A stretch of 60,097 nt of DNA, filler included, from Squatina squatina (taxonomy: Eukaryota), in NCBI GenBank assembly GCA_031763465.1. It is 3 parts of 3 records of this genome, joined end to end, with 100 filler letters (N's around TTAATTAATTAA, not from the genome) between each part and the next. Parts side by side here need not be neighbours in the genome. Positions count along the whole stretch, not along the records: positions 47,234 to 60,097 come from JARFOE010000192.1; 2 more parts are not named here. One strand, 5' to 3'. The translations under genes and the position numbers were made by a program. Below the pieces are notes generated by a model that saw only the letters and a program-made list of their open reading frames with translations, did not search any database and was not told the origin of the DNA. Positions 49,175 through 60,097 of the stretch are shown piece by piece; within the stretch, counting starts at the first letter, position 1; the number at the start of each line of letters is the position of its first letter.

Positions 49175-49549
49175 GCCTTCATCATAAAATATTATCCATG
49201 AACAGCATTTAAAGGAACAGAAGAAGGGGAGGTGGATAAACAGACGCACAGAAGATAGAAAATAGTAAAACAAAGTGGAGAATTGAAACCGATTTAAATG
49301 GCAGAAGTGATATTAGCATGCGACATTAGGATGCATAATGTGAGAAATAAAAGGCATATAGTATGTGAATAGCTTAAAGAGGTAGGGGTTAGACAAGTAA
49401 ACATAGAAACATAGAAAATAGNNNNNNNNNNNNNNNNNNNNNNNNNNNNNNNNNNNNNNNNNNNNNNNNNNNNNNNNNNNNNNNNNNNNNNNNNNNNNNN
49501 NNNNNNNNNNNNNNNNNNNNNCTGCTGAGTATTTCCAGCACCTGCTGTT

Positions 49550-49551
49550 TT

Positions 49552-49599
<48 letters not shown>

Positions 49600-49600
49600 T
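49550..49600 (+). repeat. (TTTC)n microsatellite
   Basis: About 12 perfect units, directly visible. Confidence 0.95.
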
Positions 49601-49985
49601 ATCTATCTCTCGTTATTTACCTTTCTGTATCTGATTTGACTTTAATTCACGCTCCTTCTCTGTCATTCCCTGTTTCTTTCTTGATCCTTAACTCTCATTG
49701 ATTAAGGAGATAGACGATGGTCCCAGATGCCCTGTTATCAACTCACACTTCGAGGACAAAAAAAAGTTTGAGCTGATAGGTGAGGGAAAAACATCTGACG
49801 AGTGGGGATGCTGTAAGATACCCCTGTTTCAGCAAACTCTGGGCCATACAATCTAAATGAAATGTCAACTCTTGAAGTCCTCATTCCAATATATTATAGT
49901 GCTTTTGGAAAAAAAAAAAATCCCTCTGCAGAGTTCATCAGATTTGTTTTTTTTAACCTATTTACCCCTATGTGCCTTGTTTCAG

Positions 49986-50172
49986 ATTTGACAGAAACTT
50001 CTGAAATGAGAGAGAATTTTCAGCGTCAGTTACAGGAAATAATGTCTGCCACAAGAGTGGAGAAGTCAGTAGGGCACCGTGGAGCCATGTTGAGAGGAGC
50101 ACTGGAATACTCCCCTTCGTCAGCTGATAGCGCTGTTCGTTCAGGGCGGAGCAGAGCACTGGAATCGCTGAG
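49986..50172 (+). CDS. TOPBP1: TOPBP1 exon, ATR-activation domain coiled-coil region
   Basis: tgtttcag|AT TTG...CTG AG|gtgctc; [17 protein letters not shown]...[12 protein letters not shown] versus human [17 protein letters not shown]...RSGRSRVLEALR. Confidence 0.94.
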
Positions 50173-50896
50173 GTGCTCTGATTATTTTTTGCTGACTTTA
50201 TGGCCATTTTGTTATCATTACTGATATTTAAGCTTAGTCATTTTTTTAATTGATAAAATTATAATTTAGAGCCTTTTTTTTTACAAGTAGCTATGGAATG
50301 ATTTGGTGCAATTTTGATGAACGCATCACAGAAATTCAGATCTGCCATTTTACACACTGTAATGTGAGCCTGCAGCTTGTTAATATGGAACGTTTTGTGT
50401 AACCAGTGAGAATTAATTCTCGTCTGCTCTCTTACAAATGTATTTTTAAAACAATTGCAATCCAGTTTTGGTGATTGTTCATGTTCGGTCATTGTGTTTC
50501 CGTGTAGTTGCAACTCAGCTGGATTGTTGAACACTAGTTTTATTTCTTGGTCGAGTGAGAATTCAAAAAGTGCATTATTAAAACTGAGGATTCAGTGCTT
50601 GCATTAAAACATATTTAATGGGAAGTCATTATAAAAACATTAATAGGGAAAGAATGTTTTGTGTTGACATTTTTCTACAGATTCCTGAAATTCAGAAAAC
50701 TCAGTAGCAATTTTATAAAAATACAGTACTTGGATGAAAAATATTTTGTTTAGTTTTGTAAGTGAAATCCGCCGATCATTTTCAGTACCAGTAAAGGCAT
50801 TTTAAATAAAGCCATTATACATCAAGTTATAAAAGCACAAATATGCTACCTTACATTTGCACTTCGAAGTTAACTTTAAAACGATTCTGTCTTTAG

Positions 50897-51126
50897 GCGC
50901 TCACATTCAACAGCTGTGGACATCAATACAGAGCCATCGCAAAATGAGCAGATTATTTGGGATGACCCAACAGCCAGAGAAGAGAGAGCCAAGCTGGCCA
51001 ACAACATGCAGTGGCCAGGCAGCCCCTCTCAGTACTCTGAGCAGTTTCAGAAAAACATGGAACAAGTGGAGGAAAAAACTGCCAAACACAAAGAATCTTT
51101 AACTGATTCAGAACTGGCTGCAATAG
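50897..51126 (+). CDS. TOPBP1: TOPBP1 exon, core ATR-activation domain (SQ site and essential Trp)
   Basis: ctttag|G CGC...ATA G|gtatgc; [33 protein letters not shown] contains equivalents of human S1138 and W1145; joins the previous exon in phase (AG+G). Confidence 0.96.
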
Positions 51127-52826
51127 GTATGCTAAATTAATCTCACGTGTACTTAAACACTTTTGTGCTGCAACTTTTAACTTTTTTCCAGAGGTATAGG
51201 TTTCTCTGTGTAGTGTAGCTTTTTGAAAATAACTTATTAGTTCTGCTTGTGTTATTTAATAACTCTCTTATTCTCCTACTGTTTAAACATGCCAATGAAT
51301 AGAAAATCNNNNNNNNNNNNNNNNNNNNNNNNNNNNNNNNNNNNNNNNNNNNNNNNNNNNNNNNNNNNNNNNNNNNNNNNNNNNNNNNNNNNNNNNNNNN
51401 NNNNNNNNTTTCTTTGGTACTGCTCCTGCTTCCCCTGCCATGACTTAGTTGGAATTTTCCATAAGTTCACTTAGAGACAACAGTAATCTTGGTGATTCCA
51501 TCAAGCGTGTATTCTCTTGTTTTATCCGAATGTTAATCAGCCATTCTGATTCCTAGACTTGTTTCACGTAAAGATCCTCCTCAAACAAATTAGCTGTGCT
51601 GAGCGTTTAGTTGTAGATGTCTTAACATCGTGGAAACCATTTTAAGGCTGGGTTAACAAAAAGCAAGACAGACTTGCATTTATATAGCACCTTTCACGAC
51701 CACCGGACATCTCAAAGGCTTTACAGCCACTGAAGTACTTTTGAAGTGTTGTCACTGTTTTAAGGTAGAACCAGGATAATGAGCATAATCGATGTTATCC
51801 ATATGCATTTACAGTCTACTTACTCGGGGTCTAAAGTGTAAATTTAGCAAAGCTGTGCTGTTGGCGCAGAGCCTTACTCGTTGGGAAAGTGAATCAGCGA
51901 ATCGGGCATGGAGATGATTGTGTTTCATCCCAGATTCTTTTGATGGATTTTAATGACTGAAAGATCAGGCATGCTGATCATTGTGGCCAATTCTTCAGTC
52001 TGCACTCCTGACAATCGAAGCTACCTACCAGGGGGCGCGGCCTCACTTATTCACTCGCTGAGAGTTCGTGTGGCCATTGTTGCAATCTGGTCAATGGTGC
52101 CACCACTGTGGCTGAAACCAGCTGACTCAACATAGGCCACAGATTGAACCATGTATCTTTTTAGTTTCTAAGACTCAAGACAGTCACTGGTTAAATTTGC
52201 TGAGCCATCGAGGAGCCAGGTAAAGTCATTTACAAAAATTGTTGTAACGGAGTACTGGAATGTATCTCATATTTCAGGAAATTTCAATCCACCAGAAAAA
52301 AATGAAGACCCATTCTAGTTGTGTTATTGCTATACCATTGTCCAGTATGTAACAATCTGCAGGCCAGCTGTGTGAAGCAATTTTCAGGTTTCATGAATGT
52401 TAACAATTTGCAGTCATAATTTATAATCATAAACGCTTTAGGCTTCCAGTATATTGGTCTTTTTCTGTATTACTTTACAATGCATTTCTGTGTGGCAGTT
52501 AAATTAGGCCATTTTACTCCATTCCTACTCCCAGCTCACTCGATCTTATGTGTCTGCTGCCTCATTTGAATTTTGTCTCTTGAAAAGAACTGAAGCACAG
52601 TTTCAGAACAAGGTCCTGTATACAATCGGGGTTGAGGGAAGTCCACATGATCAGAATGGATCCCATGTTTTTAATGCTTATATGTATTGTGAAACTTGAA
52701 CTGTATTCAAAGACTGAGGAAGGTCACATATACAAACGGTAAACTAACATTGTGATTTTGTAACATGCATTGTTTTAATACTTTAACGCACAACAACCTC
52801 TGATGGTAATTCTGCTTGTGTAACAG

Positions 52827-52960
52827 AAATTCCGCAGTGTCTCGCTGTAACAAACTGCGACGTTCCAGTAAAGGATGATCACCTCACGCCTACACCTCAA
52901 GCTCCCAGTATAGCATTTCCGCTGGCAAAACCTCCTGTGGCACCACAGCCCAAAGAACAG
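52827..52960 (+). CDS. TOPBP1: TOPBP1 proline-rich exon preceding BRCT7; 5' boundary uncertain; not in the ORF track
   Basis: taacag|AA ATT CCG...GAA CAG|gtctga; [32 protein letters not shown] versus human [32 protein letters not shown]; phase 1 matches the preceding donor. Confidence 0.9.
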
Positions 52961-55345
52961 GTCTGAAAAATATTTGGGGGACCCAATTAGTGTGATTTCA
53001 CGCCCAGGTCGGCGCTACCCAGGCGTGAAATCAGCATAGAATCAAAAATTGTCAAAATGCTGAATTGGGCCTGGCGGCATATAGGCCTCTCCACCGGGGA
53101 TGGTGTTGGCGCAGTGTCGGATATGCGAAATCACTTCAGCACCCGCCCGCGACCCCCCCTGTGTATCATGGGGGCCGCCTCCAGATTTGGAAGCCGGCTA
53201 CCCCACGACACCACTGGCATTGGCAGCGGCAGGTTTCCCCTGTCGTCGCCAAAGGCCGTTAAAGGCGCATGTCCTGCGCCAGCGCTGGCATCTTTAAATA
53301 TCGGCCGACTATATTGTCAGCCGATGTGTGGTGGCCGATTGCCCCCCAAAAATGCTTCCCGCCCCCTTGTTGGCACGCTCTCTGACATGCTGACACATTT
53401 TACTCCAGGTCCCAGGGATCCCTGGTGGTCTAGTGCCCCTGGAAACCCAGCATGACGGCAAGCCCTTGTCTTTTAGGCAGGGGGCGGGGCCACGGCTTGC
53501 ATATGCGCAGTTGCGCCGGCAGTGTGGCTGCTGGTGCAACCTGGCAGTGACGCGGCGTTGGCTGGGTCAGCGCCGTGGGACTTAGCATTGCCACGTTATG
53601 CTGACCCGGAACAGTGACTGTCACCATACTGCGTCAGTGTGCCTCTGGTGGCACAGCGCACTACTGGCTGTGGGGCCCCAAATGCTGCGGCCCGTTTGTG
53701 CGCAATCCAGTTGGGGTTCCTTGGGATTTATTGTAACAATATAAGAAAATGTTATATTTAGGGGGCGAGTGGGAGGTTAGGTGGTGTGGCAGGGTTCAGA
53801 TGTTTGAACGGTGGGGGGAAAACCCAGGTGAATTAGGCTGAGGTTCATGTAAATCATCTGGCCAAAAGAATATTACCGTATCTGAAATAAATTACAATAT
53901 TTGAAATTGAATCTAAACCAACTTTAAATAATTTTTAATTTTAACCTTTGTTGAAGTTCCTCTTTCATTTATCCTTGATCTAGCATTCAATCCCCATAGT
54001 TCAATAGGTTTAGTGCATCCTTAGAAGCCCTTTCATTTAACATTTCGCAGGATTTTTCTCCTCTTGCCTGCAAACAGCTACTCTTGGTTTTTTTTGCTCC
54101 ATTGTGGCGAAAGGTTCGTCAAGGTTTTGTGTTTTAGTTTTGTATTTATGTCTACATCTCTTGCTTTTTAACCTTTAGTCTTCCAAGTATATTTTTTTAA
54201 CTTGTCTCAATAAACTGGTGCAGAAAATCCACAAGCATGATTCTGGTGGTTGTGCTGGCATTGCCCCCATTGTATCCAGCAATGACGCTGGTGGAGTTCA
54301 TGGGGATAGGCAGGTATTTCTCCGGCACCTGCCTGCCTATGTGATCTGGAAACTTTAGCAGCTATCTGACCGTAATTGGGTGCAAGTGTTACCCAGGCCA
54401 CCTTTTTGACACCAGCCTGAGTCAGGAGGCTAATCTCCAAAAATTCTGCAGGGTCCAGACTGTCTCTCTGGCTTGGACCCCACTGATGGAATATAGACAA
54501 TATCCATAGACACTCCTATCCACCATGCTAGTGACATGATCTATCCTTCACAAATCCATGTGACTCTCTTTGCAAGCTCATACTTGTCCAACTCTGTCTC
54601 TGCTGATAGTGACTTGCCCACAACTTAAATTGATGGGTCTGTCTAAGCATTAGAGTGGAGTGTTGCAGCCAACTTGTGTCCCACCACTATAAAGGAGTGG
54701 ACCACCTGAAATGCACTGCTGATGTCCAACCCCAGGTTCACTGTGATTTCCAGCCCCAGCCATTAACATATATAGCTCTGCCCGCTGTTGGGGCCAAGTG
54801 CGGATCAATACGATAGGTTAATAAGCAGCTGCAGGTGTCTCCATGCTGCAGCTGTTTCTCAAGCATCAGACATTGGAACTATCTGGCTGCTAACCTCCAT
54901 CAATCCTGATTGAACTTCAAGATCCTTGTGATGTTCGGATTAAAAAACTTGGAAGAGGCTTACCTTTAAATATTTTGTCTGCCCCAGCAACCCCCAACCC
55001 CAGACACTTCGGTCAGTAAGATTTTGGGGCAAGCCATAATGCTATGTTTTCTGGGCACCCAGCAAGCTTTCTATCTGGAAAATGAGGCAGGAGGCTGAGA
55101 ACATCCCTCCCGCTTGATTTAAGTACCTTGGTTGGGCCTGATTTATTTACCTTGGTTGGATATTGCACTTGCAGAATAATTCTGCCACCAAGGAATGCCC
55201 CGTAAAATGGTAAAGATGCAGGGGCCTGATGACCTAAGGCAATAANNNNNNNNNNNNNNNNNNNNNNNNNNNNNNNNNNNNNNNNNNNNNNNNNNNNNNN
55301 NNNNNNNNNNNNNNNNNNNNNNNNNNNNNNNNNNNNNNNNNNNNN

Positions 55346-55783
55346 GAGTAGATTGGGCCTAAACTCTGGAGTTTAGAAGAATGAGAGGTGATCTCATTGG
55401 AACATTTAAGATTCTAAGTGGTATTGAGAGGGTAGATGCTGAGAGGTTGCTTCCCCTGGCTGGAGAGTCTAGAACCAGGGCTCATAGTCTCAGGATAAGG
55501 GGTCGGCAATTTAAAACTGAGATGAGGAGGAATTTCTTCACTCGGAGGGTTGTGAATCTTTCGAATTCTCTACCTCAAAGGGCTGTGGATGCTAAGTCAC
55601 TGAGTATATTCAAATTGATAGATTTTTGGACTCTTAGGAGAATCAGGAGATATGGGGATCGGGCGGGAAAGTGGAGTTGAGCTCGAAGATCAGCCATGAT
55701 CTCGTTGAATGGTGGAGCAGGCTCGAGGGGCCGAATGGCCTACTCCTGCTCCTGCTCCTAATCCTAATTCTTATGTTCTTATG
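55346..55783 (+). mobile_element. CR1 LINE 3' end abutting a TOPBP1 splice acceptor
   Basis: MRGDLIGTFKILSGIERVD...EMRRNFFTRRVVNLSNSLPQRAV; tail ttcttatgttcttatg. Confidence 0.93.
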
Positions 55784-55795
55784 TTTATACTTCAG

Positions 55796-55957
55796 GTACT
55801 TCCCAATCATTTACCACTTGAATACAAAGAAGCCACTCATCTGTTTGCTGACTTCAGTAAACTAAAACCAGAGGACCCAAGAGTGAATGTGACTGAGGCT
55901 GTTGAACAAAATGTGCTGTGCCTCAAACCAGAATATATTGCAGACTATCTCATACAG
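55796..55957 (+). CDS. TOPBP1: TOPBP1 penultimate coding exon (BRCT8 C-terminal part); BRCT7 exons and terminal exon missing
   Basis: cttcag|GTA CTT...ATA CAG|gtttgt; 162 nt; [27 protein letters not shown]...EYIADYLIQ versus human [27 protein letters not shown]...EYIADYLMQ. Confidence 0.94.
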
Positions 55958-56759
55958 GTTTGTCCCACATTCTAAATCTTCTAAAAATGTGGAAATTATG
56001 ATTTGTGGTATAGATTCTGGTTTTTGTAAGAGCTTAAACCAATACATTTGATGGGTTCAGATGTGCAATCACTAAAAGGGACTATATTCTTTGTAACTTT
56101 TCTTATTAACCTGTTGCTATAATGAAAAATCTAATTTTGTTTACATTTTCACGCAGAACAGACACACAAAACAGTTAGGACAACCTTCGGGTCCAAGACT
56201 GTTTATTGCTTTGGGCCCCCTCTAACAGCCAATGGGAAAGGCCCTAGGCGGCTGCTGACCAGCTTCTCCATTGTAAACACCACGCTCGCGTGGATATTTA
56301 AAGGGCCCACGCACTAAAAGAAACAGACCGCGCAGAACAAAGCACTGCTTACAGGGGACATGGGTGCAGAGCCTTTGTCAAAACTTGGTCTACACATAAA
56401 ACTTTAATCGAAGTTTGCTCTTTACATATTCTGACTGACCTACTGTCTCTTTTCTAAAATTTCTATTTTAATATCCAATTTTCAGCAATTGCAGTTAATT
56501 GTTTTTTTTAATAGTTACTTCAGTTTGTTGTCTTACATAACAAGAGGAAAGGTTCACTTGTTTTTCTCCAATCAGTTTTGGGTTGTTCTCAAGTTGTTTC
56601 AAGAATAATTTTCTGTGACTTTTTTAAAGTTTAAAAATTGGTATATCCACATATCGATGCGTTCAGAAATGACTCAACTGCATCTTGGAGCCAGAAGTGG
56701 CTTTTTTCACAAACGCTGCAACAGTCAGCTTCCATGTTATAGAATCATAGAAAGTTATA

Positions 56760-57250
56760 ATGAAGAGAAGTCAGCATGGATTTCAAAAGGGAAGGTCATG
56801 CTTGACCAACCTCCATGAATTCTTTGAAGGAGTAACAGAAAGAGAAGATAAGGATAATGTAGTAGATGAGGCCTTCAATAAGGTGCCACAAAGTAGACTC
56901 ATGACACTACAGTCAGAGCATGTGGAGTCAGGGGGACAAGTAGCAGAATGGATAGCAAGCTGGCTACAGAACAGAGAGTAGAGGTAAGGGGAGTTACTCA
57001 GACTGGCGAAGGATGGGAAGTGGTGTTCCACAAGGCTCGGTGCTGGGATCACTGTTGTTCACAATTTACATCAATGATTTGGACTCGGATCAGAAGTACA
57101 ATTTTAAAATTTAGGGACTACACCAAACTGAAGATTGCGACAGAACTAGGGGCTATAATGTAAGATAGTCATCGATAAATCCACTAGGAAATTCAGGAGA
57201 AACATCTTTACCCAGAGAGTGGTGAGTATGTGGAACTCACTACTGCAAGA
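56760..57250 (+). mobile_element. CR1 LINE RT fragment with internal deletions
   Basis: SQHGFQKGRSCLTNLHEFFEGVT...AFNKVPQSRL...WIASWLQNR. Confidence 0.88.
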
Positions 57251-57896
57251 AGTGGTGTCCTATATTACAACACTTCAAAAGTACTCCATTGTCTTTTTAA
57301 AAAAAAAAGTGCTTTGAAGTCAAGACAGGCGCTATATAAATGCACGTCTTTCAACTATCCTCCTCACCTGTTGCTCACCCTCTTTATAAGGAGATACTTT
57401 CTGATTTCTCCTCTAAAGTTGTCCTTCATACTCCTGACCAATGTTCCCTTTTTTTTTCGTGCTCGGTCCCTCTGAATTCGCTGTGTGGCCACACATGCGC
57501 AGTGTCTCCCAGCAGCAACAACCTGTGAGCAGCTCCCGATTGATGCACGCCTGCGGACCTTGGGGGGGAACAGTGATCCTGACCCTGTGTGCTCTTGTGC
57601 TGTAGCGCTGGTTATGGGTTTAATTTATCTATCCCATTAAGTAAATTGTATACCTCTATTAAGTCCCCCTCTGGGATGTCGCTTTTAATAAAAATCACTC
57701 CTCATAGCTCTCTCCTGTAACAGTGAGGATCAGCCAACCTCATTACTGTCCACTGCTTTAGGGCTTGAATGGCCCACCTTCNNNNNNNNNNNNNNNNNNN
57801 NNNNNNNNNNNNNNNNNNNNNNNNNNNNNNNNNNNNNNNNNNNNNNNNNNNNNNNNNNNNNNNNNNNNNNNNNNNNNNNNNGAACAGAGAATTAAT

Positions 57897-57902
57897 TTTA
57901 TT
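57897..57902 (-). terminator. Candidate polyadenylation signal (AATAAA) of a gene convergent with TOPBP1
   Basis: TTTATT 15 nt from the contig edge, at the end of about 2.2 kb of largely repeat-free, UTR-like sequence. Confidence 0.3.
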
Positions 57903-60097
57903 GCAAGCCAAAAGGAAGGGAATTTGAAAATGCAACTGGTCAGGGCCTAGATGCACTTAATTGTTTTTGCCTAATTTTAAAAGTGGTCTTAAAACCAGAA
58001 CCTTAAGAAAATACTGTACCAAAAAGTCTTCATAAATAGTTGTACAGCAGTTATATTTTTGAACTGTAACCTTAACCTTTATTCCCCCACCAAGTTAAGG
58101 TTTCATAATAGTTAATTACATAAATACACAAAAATTGGATGAATTAAATTCAACCTCCAGAGGTTCAGTGACAAGTGTCATCATTAATGTCACATGTAAC
58201 GAGCACTAGATTGATTGTTCAGGTAAGACTATGCAAATAATTCTAAAAGGAACACTGTTGTTGCAAAGCCCTCTTTTCAGTTCCCCATTTCCAGGTTGGT
58301 GTTTAACTGCTGGTAACCACTTTAGTTTTCTATAGTTCTTAAGACGGTCGAATGTGGTTTATTGATGATGCCACTTACAAAAGTCAACAGAAAACTACAA
58401 AGGATGAAGTTTATCCTAGATCCAAGTTAAATTATGGTTCTCTTAGCATCAGGGAGATTTGGAGGGATGCTGCCGTGGGGAAGCAGACTACAAGCTCTGC
58501 AATACTGCCATTAAAAATACATACGCTGAGAATGATCTTATGCAGGAAAGCGATGCACTCCAAGCAATTGCATGCAGCTTCTTAGCCCCAGCCTGAAAAG
58601 CAGATATTTTAATGGATGCCACACAGGATTTATATTTTATGGTAAGGTCACTTAAAGTTGTGCAGTCTCTTAAATTCAATCTGTATACCGATACAATTTC
58701 TATTTCTGCTCCCAGGAATTTAGCAGTATAATATTCTGCAATGTTCAACTATAGTGTTGTAACACTCCTTTTTAAAAAAAAAATAGTAAACTTGGTGGCA
58801 AACGAGGTACAGTCAAAATGGTGTCCACAGTTCTCACTGCCAAACTGAGGTAGTCACCTTTGAGAGGCTCAACATTCAACTAGAAAGCAGGACTATAAAC
58901 AAATGGACCACTTAAAGGCTGCATTTTTAATCTTTATCCAAAAATGTCGCTCCAAGAGTGACTGACACTTCATTCAAACCCTCATATCAATTCCAGTCCA
59001 GAGTAGATGACAGCAGTCATTGTGCTTCAAGCTTAAAATTCCCATGATGCCTTGCAGATGCCTCATTTGTCCGCAGAAGCCTATACACCAGCTCAATGAA
59101 GCTTGTTTCTGGCATTGTGCGGTGAAGACAGATGGGTTCCATGTAGTTTAGTTACCTGGGGTGGAACACAGAGCAGCAGTCTGTAAAATATGCACCAACA
59201 TTTACTGCTCCCCAAGAACNNNNNNNNNNNNNNNNNNNNNNNNNNNNNNNNNNNNNNNNNNNNNNNNNNNNNNNNNNNNNNNNNNNNNNNNNNNNNNNNN
59301 NNNNNNNNNNNNNNNNNNNTTACTGCTCCCCAAGAACAGCAAACTGGTTGCCAAGTTCTAGCTGAACGGACTGACTTTTAGAACCATCCTCTCTGGCTCT
59401 GTTTTTGTATTTCACCATCTCAAAGGTCTTTTCCATTTCTTTATCTCTGGGGAAAAACAAGTTATGATCAGCTAGACAAGGGCTCAAACACAAAACTAGA
59501 AAATGTGACCAAACAAATATGTTAATTACCTACCATAGCTATGGTCTTCCTCATTCTTTGAATGCAGTTCAACCGCCACATACAAATGAATAGGCTGTCA
59601 TTCAATGAGGGAAAACCACCAGGACACTGTCCCTTTTAAAGTTTAGCATCCTACAAGTGTTACGCAGATCACATGGTGCATGCCCACCCAGATACAAAAA
59701 AGAAGCATGTTCTGGGAATGTAGTTGGGTTCTTCTGAAGGCAACAGTGGTGAAAGTAAACACAAAAAACTGAAATTCCAAGTTCCCCAAGAGTGGGAAAA
59801 TGAAGAAATGATAGGGAAGAAGCAGCTTTGTATATGGATGTGGAACTACACATTACCTGCAGCACTTTCACTTCCGTCCAACCTCCACCAACAAATTCAT
59901 GCGTTTCTGTTCTACTGTGGCATCAAACAGAAGCTGAAAGTTCTATATCTCAATACTGAAGCCAGACAGAAGGCTTGGTTAGTCAAGATTCATAATTATT
60001 TCATGTAGTGCCTAGAAGATTGGGTCAATAGTGGCCCGAACACAAACAGAATTACCCTGAGTGACTTGAGACGAGTTAAATGCTTTCATATACTCCC

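Noticed and set aside
19316-55957. POLI plus TOPBP1 as a DNA-repair gene cluster
   Set aside because: They are separated by two synthetic spacers and both genes are truncated at or near them.
56157-56225. TOPBP1 terminal exon after cacgcag
   Set aside because: NRHTKQLGQPSGPRLFIALGPL* has no resemblance to the TOPBP1 C-terminus (acidic start, YCLPEA, basic NLS); the real exon is probably in a gap.

Overview
This is vertebrate genomic DNA, most likely a cartilaginous fish (shark), judged from DeuSINE/SacSINE1-like SINEs, CR1 LINEs with (TTCTTATG/TTCTATG)n tails, Penelope-like termini and Harbinger relics. The assembly is heavily fragmented, with many fixed 100-N gaps. Two synthetic spacers (44N-TTAATTAATTAA-44N at 22539-22638 and 47134-47233) split the window into three blocks that should not be treated as neighbours. 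Block 1 (1-22538) carries, all on the minus strand, the last three coding exons of POLI, part of a C18orf54/LAS2 exon, three of the five coding exons of RAB27B (the human 18q21 order) and an unassigned transmembrane-type exon. Block 2 (22639-47133) has no recognisable host gene, only repeats and unique AT-rich DNA. Block 3 (47234-60097) has five exons of TOPBP1 (ATR-activation domain and BRCT8) on the plus strand, then a probable convergent 3' UTR. I found no convincing wholly new biological system. The best leads are: Penelope-derived hammerhead-ribozyme-like inserts with 14-bp target-site duplications; an orphan membrane-protein gene model; a PIP-box-like C-terminal extension of Pol iota; loss of the TOPBP1 Akt site; and two odd TOPBP1 splice acceptors. 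Ortholog comparisons are from memory of the human proteins, not from a database search.
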